From: Oscillospiraceae bacterium
Lineage (GTDB): Bacteria; Bacillota; Clostridia; Oscillospirales; Butyricicoccaceae
Assembly (NCBI GenBank): GCA_015068285.1
Contig: SVKW01000001.1
Span: forward strand, 134-64,133
Reading direction: 5' to 3'
DNA: 64,000 nucleotides
Translations under genes and position numbers: made by a program
The notes under the pieces: model-generated
Databases searched by the model: none
What the model was told of the DNA's origin: nothing
Seen by the model: the letters and a program-made list of their open reading frames with translations, nothing else
Shown here: positions 17,403 through 25,778 of the stretch, one piece after another
Position numbering within the stretch: position 1 is the stretch's first letter
Layout: each line of letters begins with the position of its first letter

Positions 17403-19241
17403 TTACTTCATTGCGTCTTTTCTTAAATAATATCTTACGATTCGGTTATCGTTAAGCATTTTTTCGGCTGTTCCGGATACCTCGGAAACCAGCTTGCCGT
17501 TTTCGACACGCTGACCTGATGTATGTGTCACAGGGAGGACTTCCTTCATTTCGTCAAGCATCTTATTATAGCTTGGGCCTTCCCAGCCGATGATGTCAAA
17601 CAGCTCGCTCATAAGATAGCACGGGCTGATTGGCTGACCTTCACCCTTGATTTCGCCATACTGAGCCTTCGCCGCATCATTCGCCCATATAATATATGGT
17701 GTGGAATAGTAATTGAAGAAGGCTTCATCGCTGTCGCCCAGAATATCCATTCCCATCTCCTTATAGACCGAATTGTCATCGCCGAGCCATGGATTATGGT
17801 CGCCGAAAAGCACCACGAAAATCGGCTCGTCGTCCTCGTTGAGAGTGTCGAGCATCTTTTTCAGCTCTTTCTGTGTATCCTTTACGCCGCCGAGGTAATT
17901 GTTGAGAATATCGCGGCTTGCATCCGAAATACCCTCGTTGAGAATGTGACCTTCGCCGTAATATGTCTTGCCGATTTCATAAGGGCCGTGATTCTGATAT
18001 GTCACGCTGAAATTGAAATAAGGCGCTTCGTCCTTATGCTTTTCGTAATTTGCGATAATATCAGGGAAAAGCACGCTGTCAGGGGCAACATTGTTGTCAT
18101 AAATGTCCTTGAAATGATTTTCTGTAAAGAAATAACGGTCAAAACCGAGATTTTTATTGATGTTAAGGCGGTTATAGAACCATTCGTAGCCTGGGTGCGC
18201 GCCCTCTGTGATGTAGCCGTTGTCACGGAGATAGTGGACATAGGACCATGACGGTGTTCTGAATGAGCCGAGAGAGGACATACCTGTCATAAAGCATCTT
18301 TCGGTGTCGATAGTGCCGCCTGCGAAAATATTCGTCACCAGCTCACCGCTGTAATTTTCAGCTTTGAGATCGTGCCAGACTTCATAGACCGAAGGCTCGA
18401 TTTCAAGGCTTTCAAACTTGCTTAAATCGTTGAAGGCTTCCAGCATAATGCCGATGATATTAGGCTTTTTGTCCTCAGGAATTGTATCATCAGGATAATT
18501 TGCAAGGATCGCCTTTGCGTTTTCCTCGCTGTAGCCCTCAGGGGCAGGGTCACGCATCTTTGTAATGCTGTTGAAGAATGGATAGACAAAGCCGCGGGAG
18601 ACATATCGCTGAGTGTCCGACCATATATTTATAAGGTCGTTGTTGGCAGTATTGAGGTAGACTGTATCGCTGAGATAATATTTCGGGAAGAAGGCAAAAG
18701 CAAGGGCAAGCATAAGAATCACGCTGACGATTCTTGTTTTAAGCGCCTTCATTCTGCCCGGGCAGATGAAATATAAAACCACAGTGCCCAAAATGATACA
18801 AGCGAAAAATACCACAAGACGAGGGGCAAAATTAAGGGTGTCACCGCCGCCGGTTATATTGAAAACCTCGCTGACAAGCTTGAGGTCCTCAAAATAGAAT
18901 GGGTCATTTCTCATGGACAGCTTATAATAGTTGACCATCGTGCCGATGAAAATGACAGCAGACGGCACCAGAAAACTTATCCACGCCCTGCCGATAAGAA
19001 GATAGGCAAAAAGGGTGATGAAAATCACAGGCGCTATGTTGAGAATTGCGATAAGGGGATTTTTAAAGTAGCTTACAAGCATAGGCATACCGAAATTTGC
19101 CACAGAAAGCGCCATTGAAAGCACGCCGACACAAGCAGCGGCGCATATCATCATTACAATATGATATGCCCACAAAATGCCGGCTTTGCCCTTGTTTTGC
19201 TCAGGGTCAAGGGCCTTGATTTTCAGATTTTTAAGTTTCAT
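17403..19241 (-). CDS. LtaS-like sulfatase-family transferase (membrane anchored)
   Basis: N-terminal multi-TM region plus an extracellular alkaline-phosphatase/sulfatase-like domain. ATG at 19239-19241 preceded by GGAGATGA. Confidence 0.8.
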   Translation of the reverse strand: MKLKNLKIKALDPEQNKGKAGILWAYHIVMMICAAACVGVLSMALSVANFGMPMLVSYFKNPLIAILNIAPVIFITLFAYLLIGRAWISFLVPSAVIFIGTMVNYYKLSMRNDPFYFEDLKLVSEVFNITGGGDTLNFAPRLVVFFACIILGTVVLYFICPGRMKALKTRIVSVILMLALAFAFFPKYYLSDTVYLNTANNDLINIWSDTQRYVSRGFVYPFFNSITKMRDPAPEGYSEENAKAILANYPDDTIPEDKKPNIIGIMLEAFNDLSKFESLEIEPSVYEVWHDLKAENYSGELVTNIFAGGTIDTERCFMTGMSSLGSFRTPSWSYVHYLRDNGYITEGAHPGYEWFYNRLNINKNLGFDRYFFTENHFKDIYDNNVAPDSVLFPDIIANYEKHKDEAPYFNFSVTYQNHGPYEIGKTYYGEGHILNEGISDASRDILNNYLGGVKDTQKELKKMLDTLNEDDEPIFVVLFGDHNPWLGDDNSVYKEMGMDILGDSDEAFFNYYSTPYIIWANDAAKAQYGEIKGEGQPISPCYLMSELFDIIGWEGPSYNKMLDEMKEVLPVTHTSGQRVENGKLVSEVSGTAEKMLNDNRIVRYYLRKDAMK

Positions 19242-19350
19242 TTTATTATCATCTCCGTTTAATGTAAAAATACGCATAATTACCATTATAATAAATAATA
19301 CCATAAACCGACAGTTTTTTCAATACGAAAGCTTTTGCAAGTCATTCTGA

Positions 19351-19379
19351 TTGACAGAAACGCCGACAGGTGCTACCAT
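19351..19379 (+). promoter_or_regulatory. Putative promoter of the GNAT gene
   Basis: TTGACA, 17-nt spacer, TACCAT. It leaves a leader of about 165 nt. Confidence 0.45.
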
Positions 19380-19551
19380 ATATACATAATTACATTTAAG
19401 GAGATTGCTGTTTGAGAAAAAACAACACCTTGGAGATTGTTGCATAGCCGGGAGGCTTTGTAATAATTATTCCGCACAAGCCTCCCGTTGCAGACGATAA
19501 AATAATCTTATGCACGTTGTCGGTCAACAACTATCAGGAGGAAAAATAAAG

Positions 19552-20175
19552 ATGAAAAATGACTATATTATCCGTCAGGAAAGAAAAGAAGACTATCGTG
19601 AAGTTGAAAACCTCGTCCGTGAGGCTTTCTGGAATACATTCCGCCCGGGCTGCTCGGAGCATTATCTTTTGCACATTCTCAGAGATAATGCAGATTTCAT
19701 AGAGGAGCTTGATTTTGTTATGGAAAAGGACGGCAGAATCATCGGCCAGAATGTTTTCGTCAAGGCGAATATAAAGGCTGATGACGGCAGGAATATTCCC
19801 GTGCTTACCATGGGGCCAATTTCCATTGCGCCCGATATGCAGAAGAAGGGCTATGGTAAGATTCTGCTCGATTATTGCCTCAAAAAGGCAGCGGCGCTGG
19901 GCTATGGGGCAGTATGTATTGAAGGCAATATCGGCTTCTACGGCAAAAGCGGTTTTGGCTATTCCCACGATTTCGGCATCAGCTATCACGGTATGCCTAA
20001 AGGCGAAAAGGTGCCGTTTTTCCTTTGCAAGGAGTTTGTTAAAGGCTATCTTGACGGTATAACAGGAGAATATGCTCCGCCCGAATGCTATTTTGTAAGC
20101 GACAGCGAAGTGGATGAGTTTGACAAGGGCTTCCCGCCTAAGGAAAAGCTCAGACTTCCGGGGCAGATTTTCTAA
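19552..20175 (+). CDS. GNAT family N-acetyltransferase
   Basis: MKNDYIIRQERKEDYREVENL... with the acetyl-CoA motif QKKGYGKILL. ATG preceded by AGGAGG. Confidence 0.85.
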   Translation: MKNDYIIRQERKEDYREVENLVREAFWNTFRPGCSEHYLLHILRDNADFIEELDFVMEKDGRIIGQNVFVKANIKADDGRNIPVLTMGPISIAPDMQKKGYGKILLDYCLKKAAALGYGAVCIEGNIGFYGKSGFGYSHDFGISYHGMPKGEKVPFFLCKEFVKGYLDGITGEYAPPECYFVSDSEVDEFDKGFPPKEKLRLPGQIF

Positions 20176-20185
20176 TTAACAGAGA

Positions 20186-20217
20186 ACAGGCATGGCGCAA
20201 AGCTGTGCCTGTTTTTT
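20186..20217 (+). terminator. Terminator after the GNAT gene
   Basis: acaggca...tgcctgt followed by TTTTTT. Confidence 0.6.
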
Positions 20218-20329
20218 ATGTAAAATTTAAGTTTTATCTTTACTATTTGGCGATAAGATGATATTATATTTATATATGCGATGAAAATATGTGCGGCATA
20301 TACACACTTTCTTCATTATGAGAATGGTT

Positions 20330-20380
20330 ACACCTCATCCACCATCTTCGATGGTCCCCCTTCTCCTGCTGGAGAAGGCT
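20330..20380. repeat. Two-hairpin mosaic element (type B)
   Basis: acacctcatcc-accat-cttcg-atggt-cccccttctcc-tgct-ggagaaggct. Confidence 0.85.
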
Positions 20381-20414
20381 AAGACAAAAATATAATTTTA
20401 AGGAGAAATATAAA

Positions 20415-20885
20415 ATGGCAAATCCAATCGTAAAGATGCACATTCAGGATATGGGCGTTATCGAAATCGAGCTTTACCCTGAAATCGCACCTATTTCTGT
20501 TGAAAACTTCCTCAAGCTCTGCAAGAGCGGCTTCTATAACGGCACATTCTTCCACCGTGTTATCCGCAACTTTGTTATTCAGGGCGGCGACCCAACAGGT
20601 ACAGGCATGGGCGGTCCGGGCTGGAATATCAAGGGAGAATTTGCTTCCAACGGCGTAAAGAATGACCTCAAGCACACACGCGGCGTGCTTTCCATGGCTC
20701 GCGCAGGTCATCCTGACTCTGCAGGCAGCCAGTTCTTCATCATGCACGATGATGCTCCGCACCTTGACGGCGATTACGCTGCTTTCGGCAAGGTTACAAG
20801 CGGCATGGATGTTGTAGACTCCATCGTTTCCGCTTACTATGTCGGTATGCGCGGCACTATCGAAAAGGTAGACGTAGAGGAATAA
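20415..20885 (+). CDS. ppiB: Cyclophilin-type peptidyl-prolyl isomerase
   Basis: FHRVIRNFVIQGGDPTGTGMGG... cyclophilin signature. Confidence 0.93.
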   Translation: MANPIVKMHIQDMGVIEIELYPEIAPISVENFLKLCKSGFYNGTFFHRVIRNFVIQGGDPTGTGMGGPGWNIKGEFASNGVKNDLKHTRGVLSMARAGHPDSAGSQFFIMHDDAPHLDGDYAAFGKVTSGMDVVDSIVSAYYVGMRGTIEKVDVEE

Positions 20886-20900
20886 TTTTAATAGTTAATT

Positions 20901-21046
20901 GTCCCTTCGGGACATTAAGGTGCCTGCGGCACTATCTGTTAAACGGTCTGCGACCTACACCTCATCCACCACCAAAGGTGGTCCCCCTTCCCGAATGAGG
21001 TCCCCAACAAGCCTGCTTGCTGGGGTGTGAATCAAGGGGAAGGCTC
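20901..21046. repeat. REP/BIME-like mosaic, near-copy of 8231-8372
   Basis: gtccc-ttcg-gggac, cattaaggtgcctgcggcac, acacctcatcc-accacc-aaa-ggtggt-ccccttccc, and a nested ccccaacaagc-ctg-cttgctgggg closed by aggggaagg. Confidence 0.85.
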
Positions 21047-21091
21047 TGAAATTGTTTATTTTTCAATTACATATTATAAAGGATTACAACA

Positions 21092-22417
21092 ATGGACACC
21101 CGATTACAAAAATTGATTTTTGAAAATCCCGCTGTTTTTAAAGTTTCAAAAGGCGAAGAAACTCTCTGGCTCAATCCGCTCAAAGAGCCTTTTGAGCTTA
21201 TCAGGGACGAACTCTCCGTTACAAAGGAGCAGATTGCCGATGCAAGCGAGCGTCTTGACCGCTTCGCGCCTTTCATCGAGGAGGCTTTCCCTGAAACAAA
21301 GGAAAGTGACGGCATTATCGAATCTCCGCTGCGCGAAATCGAAAATATGAAGGAGCTTCTCTCCCAGAAATTTTCCATCGAAATCGCAGGCAGACTGCTT
21401 CTCAAAATGGACTCCGACCTTCCTATCGCAGGCTCTGTCAAGGCGAGAGGCGGCATTTATGAAGTGCTTTACTACACAGAAAAGCTGGCTCTTGAAAACG
21501 GCATCATCACAGAGGATGATAACTACAGAGAGCTTGTAAATCACAAGGATTTCTTCAATAAATACGCTATCCACGTTGGCTCGACAGGCAATCTCGGTCT
21601 TTCCATCGGCATTATGTCGGCTGTTATCGGCTACCGCGTAACTGTTCATATGTCACGCGAGGCAAAGCAGTGGAAGAAGGATAAGCTTCGCTCCTTTGGG
21701 GTAAATGTTGTTGAATACGACGGCGACTTTACAGAAGCTGTAGCCAAGGGCAGAGCGCTCTCCGACACAGACCCTATGAGCTATTTTGTCGACGACGAAA
21801 ACTCCATCAATCTTTTCATGGGCTATGCTGTTGCGGCAGAGCGTCTTGAAAGACAGCTTTCCGATATGGACATCACAATCGATGAAGATCATCCGCTCTT
21901 TGTCTATCTTCCATGCGGCGTAGGAGGCGCTCCGGGCGGCATTACATTTGGTCTCAAGCACATTTTCGGCGACAATGTACACTGCTTCTTCGTTGAGCCT
22001 ACAAACTGTCCGTCAATGCTTCTCGGTATGGCATCGGGGCTCCACAACGATGTTTCGGTTTACGATATCGGTCTCTCCGGCATCACTCACGCTGACGGTC
22101 TTGCTGTCGGCAGGCCATCAAAGCTTGTTGGCAAGCTGATGGAAAAGTTGCTTTCGGGCGTTTTCACCATTGACGATTACAGACTTTACGATTTTCTCCG
22201 CGACCTGGACAAGAGCGAAGGCATTTTCATCGAGCCTTCCGCCTGCGCGGCATTCAAGGGTGTGCTCGGTCTTGAAGAATATCTTGACGGCAGAGCTTAT
22301 GTTGAGGACAATGAGCTGACCGAGCTTATGGACAATGCTGTGCATATCGCATGGGCAACAGGCGGCGCGCTTGTACCAAGCAAGGAACGCGGCGAGTTTA
22401 TGGAAACTTATTTGTAG
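21092..22417 (+). CDS. dsdA: D-serine ammonia-lyase
   Basis: 441 aa, PLP fold-type II, with GSVKARGG (PLP lysine) and a typical DsdA N-terminus ...ETLWLNP... Confidence 0.88.
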   Translation: MDTRLQKLIFENPAVFKVSKGEETLWLNPLKEPFELIRDELSVTKEQIADASERLDRFAPFIEEAFPETKESDGIIESPLREIENMKELLSQKFSIEIAGRLLLKMDSDLPIAGSVKARGGIYEVLYYTEKLALENGIITEDDNYRELVNHKDFFNKYAIHVGSTGNLGLSIGIMSAVIGYRVTVHMSREAKQWKKDKLRSFGVNVVEYDGDFTEAVAKGRALSDTDPMSYFVDDENSINLFMGYAVAAERLERQLSDMDITIDEDHPLFVYLPCGVGGAPGGITFGLKHIFGDNVHCFFVEPTNCPSMLLGMASGLHNDVSVYDIGLSGITHADGLAVGRPSKLVGKLMEKLLSGVFTIDDYRLYDFLRDLDKSEGIFIEPSACAAFKGVLGLEEYLDGRAYVEDNELTELMDNAVHIAWATGGALVPSKERGEFMETYL

Positions 22418-22465
22418 TATGTAAAAGTTCTCTCCCTCAAAGGAAACCAAGAAAATTTTATGGTA

Positions 22466-22685
22466 ATCTTGCGATTTAATCGAAGTTTCCCCCAGAAATG
22501 TAACCCACCCCAGTCTGTCGATATGTGAGGAACGAACACACAAGGAGTCCAGAGTGCTCTCTGGTCCCGTGATCAAACTGCGTGGACCAGTTTGGGCATT
22601 TTGCTTCTTTTGTGCAAGCATAAAGAAGTCGTCGAAGACGCCCCACGCCTTGCGCGTGGCGGGGAAGTTTGATTTAAGCAAAGAT
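22466..22685. ncRNA. Candidate structured RNA (or MITE) of about 220 nt, unassigned
   Basis: 22466-22492 pairs with 22661-22685 (about 24 bp including G-U pairs, three small bulges). This encloses local hairpins at 22549-22564, 22561-22590, 22604-22628, 22630-22640 and 22643-22659. No credible ORF. Confidence 0.3.
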
Positions 22686-22706
22686 TGAAATTATGCACAG
22701 TGATTT

Positions 22707-22763
22707 ACAACAACCCCTCCACCATTCTGCCGAATGGTCCCCCTCCCCTTGCACAGGGGAGGC
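22707..22763. repeat. Two-hairpin mosaic element (type B)
   Basis: acaacccctcc-accat-tctgccga-atggt-ccccctcccc-ttgcaca-ggggaggc. Confidence 0.85.
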
Positions 22764-22816
22764 AGGGTAGTTCTTCTCAATATAACATTATAAAATAATA
22801 TAAAGGAGTGTTTAAA

Positions 22817-23587
22817 ATGCCTGAGATCAGCCTCAATATGCTGCTCATTTTATGTCCGCTCATCTTCCTCTCCTGCTTTGTCGATGCAGTTGCAGGCGGC
22901 GGCGGTGTTATCTCCCTTCCGGCATACCTTTTCATCGGTCTGCCATCCCACTATGCTCTGGCGAGTAACAAATTCTCCGCTTTCGTCGGCGGTATTTCGG
23001 CAACGCTCAAGTACATCACAAGCGGTAAAATCAACTTCTCCGCTGCCATCTGGTCGGCTGTCGGCGCTCTCATCGGCGCAAGCATCGGCTCCGGCTTTGC
23101 CCTTTTCATCGCGTCCGAAACTCTCAAGACAATCATGCTCATCGCTCTGCCTATCGTTGCGGTTTTCCTCGTCTGGCAGAAGGACAAGATGATTTCTCCA
23201 AAGCCTGTTGAACGCACAAATATTCAGAAAATCGTCATCAGCTTCCTTATCGGTCTCGGCATGGGCATCTATGACGGTCTTATCGGCCCGGGCACAGGCA
23301 CATTCATGATTATGCTTTTCTCTGCCCTCCTCGGCTACGATTTGCTGACATCAAGCGGCTGTGCAAAGCTTTCTAATCTTGCAAGTAACATGGCGAGCGT
23401 TGTAATCTTCCTTTTCAGCGGCAAAATCGTATATATTCTTGCAATTCCTGCCGCTGTCTGCGGCGCATTGGGCGCATATTTCGGCGCAAAGTACGCAATC
23501 AAGGGCGGCAGCAAAAAGGTGCAGTACTTCATGTTCGTCGTGCTCATCATGCTGTTCGTAAAGTTCGCATTCGACCTTTTTGCATAA
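22817..23587 (+). CDS. TauE/SafE (TSUP) family anion exporter
   Basis: Multi-TM protein with ...DAVAGGGGVISLPAYLF... The ATG at 22817 follows AAAGGAG; the track start at 22808 is a GTG. Confidence 0.85.
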   Translation: MPEISLNMLLILCPLIFLSCFVDAVAGGGGVISLPAYLFIGLPSHYALASNKFSAFVGGISATLKYITSGKINFSAAIWSAVGALIGASIGSGFALFIASETLKTIMLIALPIVAVFLVWQKDKMISPKPVERTNIQKIVISFLIGLGMGIYDGLIGPGTGTFMIMLFSALLGYDLLTSSGCAKLSNLASNMASVVIFLFSGKIVYILAIPAAVCGALGAYFGAKYAIKGGSKKVQYFMFVVLIMLFVKFAFDLFA

Positions 23588-23600
23588 GAATAAAAAATTA

Positions 23601-23630
23601 AGACTTCCCGAAAACGGGAAGTCTTTTTTT
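23601..23630 (+). terminator. Terminator after the TSUP gene
   Basis: agacttcccg-aaaa-cgggaagtct followed by TTTTTTT. Confidence 0.8.
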
Positions 23631-23765
23631 ATGTAACAAATTCTGAGCAAAAACAGGTGCGTTTCTGCTCACAAAATGACTCTTGAATTGGTTATATTTT
23701 TATGCTAATATGAAATCAAACAAATGAAGAACTCGCATTAAAATATATTTGTGAAAGGTATTTTG

Positions 23766-24350
23766 ATGAAAAAAACAATAATAAGTATTATTATATTATG
23801 TGTTGTATTTTTTGCTTTTCTATATATGAATAGGGGATATTATATAAATGAACCTTATGATTACTCTATAGGATTAGCTGTTCCAAATAAAGTTGCTAAA
23901 AGAATGACAACATTAGCTTTGCTAGAAACTTTCTTATCCTATCCAGAACCACTTCTTTATACCTCAAGTCAGTTCGTAAATGATTATATAGATACTTTAA
24001 AAAAGTTCGATAATTATGGATTAAATGAACTTATGAGTAGAGAGGATATAGTAGATGCTTTATTAGTTAAGTATAACGAATTAGAAGTGTATACTGGCGA
24101 ATATCACGAATTAGATGGAAGTTACAAGCAAAAGTTAACTGAATATGATGCATATAGATTTATGTGGATAGAGTTTTTAGCATCACAACTGAATTTGGAA
24201 GAAAATTCAGAACTTGTTAGTGCTATAAAGAGCAAGCATATATTATTTTATGATAATAATGGTAATAGGCGTGAACCATATTATCCATGGTACGAGTTTG
24301 CTTTGCAAAACCAAGAACATCAAGATTTTTTACAACATTTTTCACGGTGA
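23766..24350 (+). CDS. Hypothetical membrane-anchored/secreted protein, short paralog (AT-rich islet)
   Basis: N-terminal hydrophobic anchor MKKTIISIIILCVVFFAFLY. It shares a helical domain with the next ORF (MTTLALLETFLSYP vs MTTGALLETYLTHP, 10/14). Confidence 0.7.
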   Translation: MKKTIISIIILCVVFFAFLYMNRGYYINEPYDYSIGLAVPNKVAKRMTTLALLETFLSYPEPLLYTSSQFVNDYIDTLKKFDNYGLNELMSREDIVDALLVKYNELEVYTGEYHELDGSYKQKLTEYDAYRFMWIEFLASQLNLEENSELVSAIKSKHILFYDNNGNRREPYYPWYEFALQNQEHQDFLQHFSR

Positions 24351-24413
24351 AAGGAGTGATTATAGTTAATTTTATCGTTCGTGCACATAGACTAATTTTA
24401 TTAGGAGGTATTT

Positions 24414-25559
24414 ATGAAGAAATTATTATCACTAGTATTGTTGTGTTCTTTCACACTCTCTGTAAGTGCATTAGGAAGCATTGATACGCTTGAGCCTATA
24501 ACTATGTATACCATAGACGAGCCATATCAATATCCAATTGTCCCGAGTATGGATGAATGGGCAGAATTCAATAGTAATATTGATATGATAAATGCTTGTA
24601 TGGTCCCGCAGAGTATAGTTCAACATATGACGACAGGTGCATTATTAGAAACCTACTTAACCCATCCGTTAATTTCTAATATTTTCGCATATGACAATTA
24701 TAGCGAAGCCTTTGAAATTATGAAGAATTATTATGGATTTGGTCTTGATGAGTTAATGCAAAGAGCAGATCTTGCAGAAGTTGTTTTGACTAGATACAAT
24801 GAGATTGATGTGTTTGAAGAAGAGATGAATACAACATTAAGTATTGATGAACAGCTTGAAATCTACGAAACACAAATAAATGATTCATTTACTATGATGT
24901 ATATTGAAACATTAGCTGCAAATATGGACTATGACGAAAATAATCTTAGTCATATCGCACTTCAATCTGCAATTGAGGAAAAAACAAATGATAAAATTGC
25001 AAATATTGAATTTTATGGTGCTACTGCAACCTGTTATTATGATTCTTTGCCGTCAGATTCTGCAGTAGATCCTATGGTTTATTTGGTTGCAGTTACAACA
25101 CCTAAAGGAAATTTAGTAGATGCAGAAAAAAGAGAATTATACGAAGAATGGCCTGCCGCAAGCCTTCTAGCAGTTATGGAACGACATGAAAACTGTTATC
25201 GAAATGCAACTAGAGAACTTCCTGCTACCATCCTTTATAATTGCCATTCATATGCTTGGCATAGTCAAGCTGAAGGTAATGATATTACAATTTGGGATCC
25301 AAGTAGATATATGACAGATGGAAGTTATACTCAAATTGCTACTCCGAGAAGAAATGCGAGAATATATTATGATGCTCCAGTTAACAACAACAATGAAGGA
25401 GGAGTCCATTCTGGTATCGTAACAGCACTTAATCCTACAAGAGTTACATCTAAATGGGGTAACGGCGGATTATATACACATGAATATATGCATTGTCCAT
25501 ATGTTCACCCAGGAAATGCTAGCCAATATCAAGGAACAATCACGTATTGGTATCGCTAA
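24414..25559 (+). CDS. Secreted protein: shared N-terminal domain plus C-terminal predicted Cys-His (papain/CHAP-like) hydrolase domain
   Basis: Signal peptide MKKLLSLVLLCSFTLSVSA. The C-terminal region has YNCHSYAW (candidate nucleophile) and GGVHSGIV (candidate His). RBS AGGAGG. Confidence 0.7.
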   Translation: MKKLLSLVLLCSFTLSVSALGSIDTLEPITMYTIDEPYQYPIVPSMDEWAEFNSNIDMINACMVPQSIVQHMTTGALLETYLTHPLISNIFAYDNYSEAFEIMKNYYGFGLDELMQRADLAEVVLTRYNEIDVFEEEMNTTLSIDEQLEIYETQINDSFTMMYIETLAANMDYDENNLSHIALQSAIEEKTNDKIANIEFYGATATCYYDSLPSDSAVDPMVYLVAVTTPKGNLVDAEKRELYEEWPAASLLAVMERHENCYRNATRELPATILYNCHSYAWHSQAEGNDITIWDPSRYMTDGSYTQIATPRRNARIYYDAPVNNNNEGGVHSGIVTALNPTRVTSKWGNGGLYTHEYMHCPYVHPGNASQYQGTITYWYR

Positions 25560-25574
25560 ATGAGAGGTATTACT

Positions 25575-25778
25575 ATGAAAAGAATAATCGCAACGATATG
25601 TCTGCTTAGCGTACTGTTTACAATGTTTGCAGGTTTCAGCTTTGCAGCACAAAAACACCCAGACGACTGCACCTGTGAAAAGTGCGTCGTCTGCGTGAAA
25701 GACAAAGGTCTTGAATGTCACTGCCCGGCTTGCACAGTTGAGCCGAACTGGGGCTTGGGTGGAGGCAATGAGCCTTAA
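25575..25778 (+). CDS. Small secreted Cys-rich peptide (67 aa)
   Basis: MKRIIATICLLSVLFTMFAGFSFA signal peptide, then AQKHPDDCTCEKCVVCVKDKGLECHCPACTVEPNWGLGGGNEP (7 Cys, a CxCxxC motif twice). ATG at 25575 preceded by GAGAGG. Confidence 0.6.
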   Translation: MKRIIATICLLSVLFTMFAGFSFAAQKHPDDCTCEKCVVCVKDKGLECHCPACTVEPNWGLGGGNEP

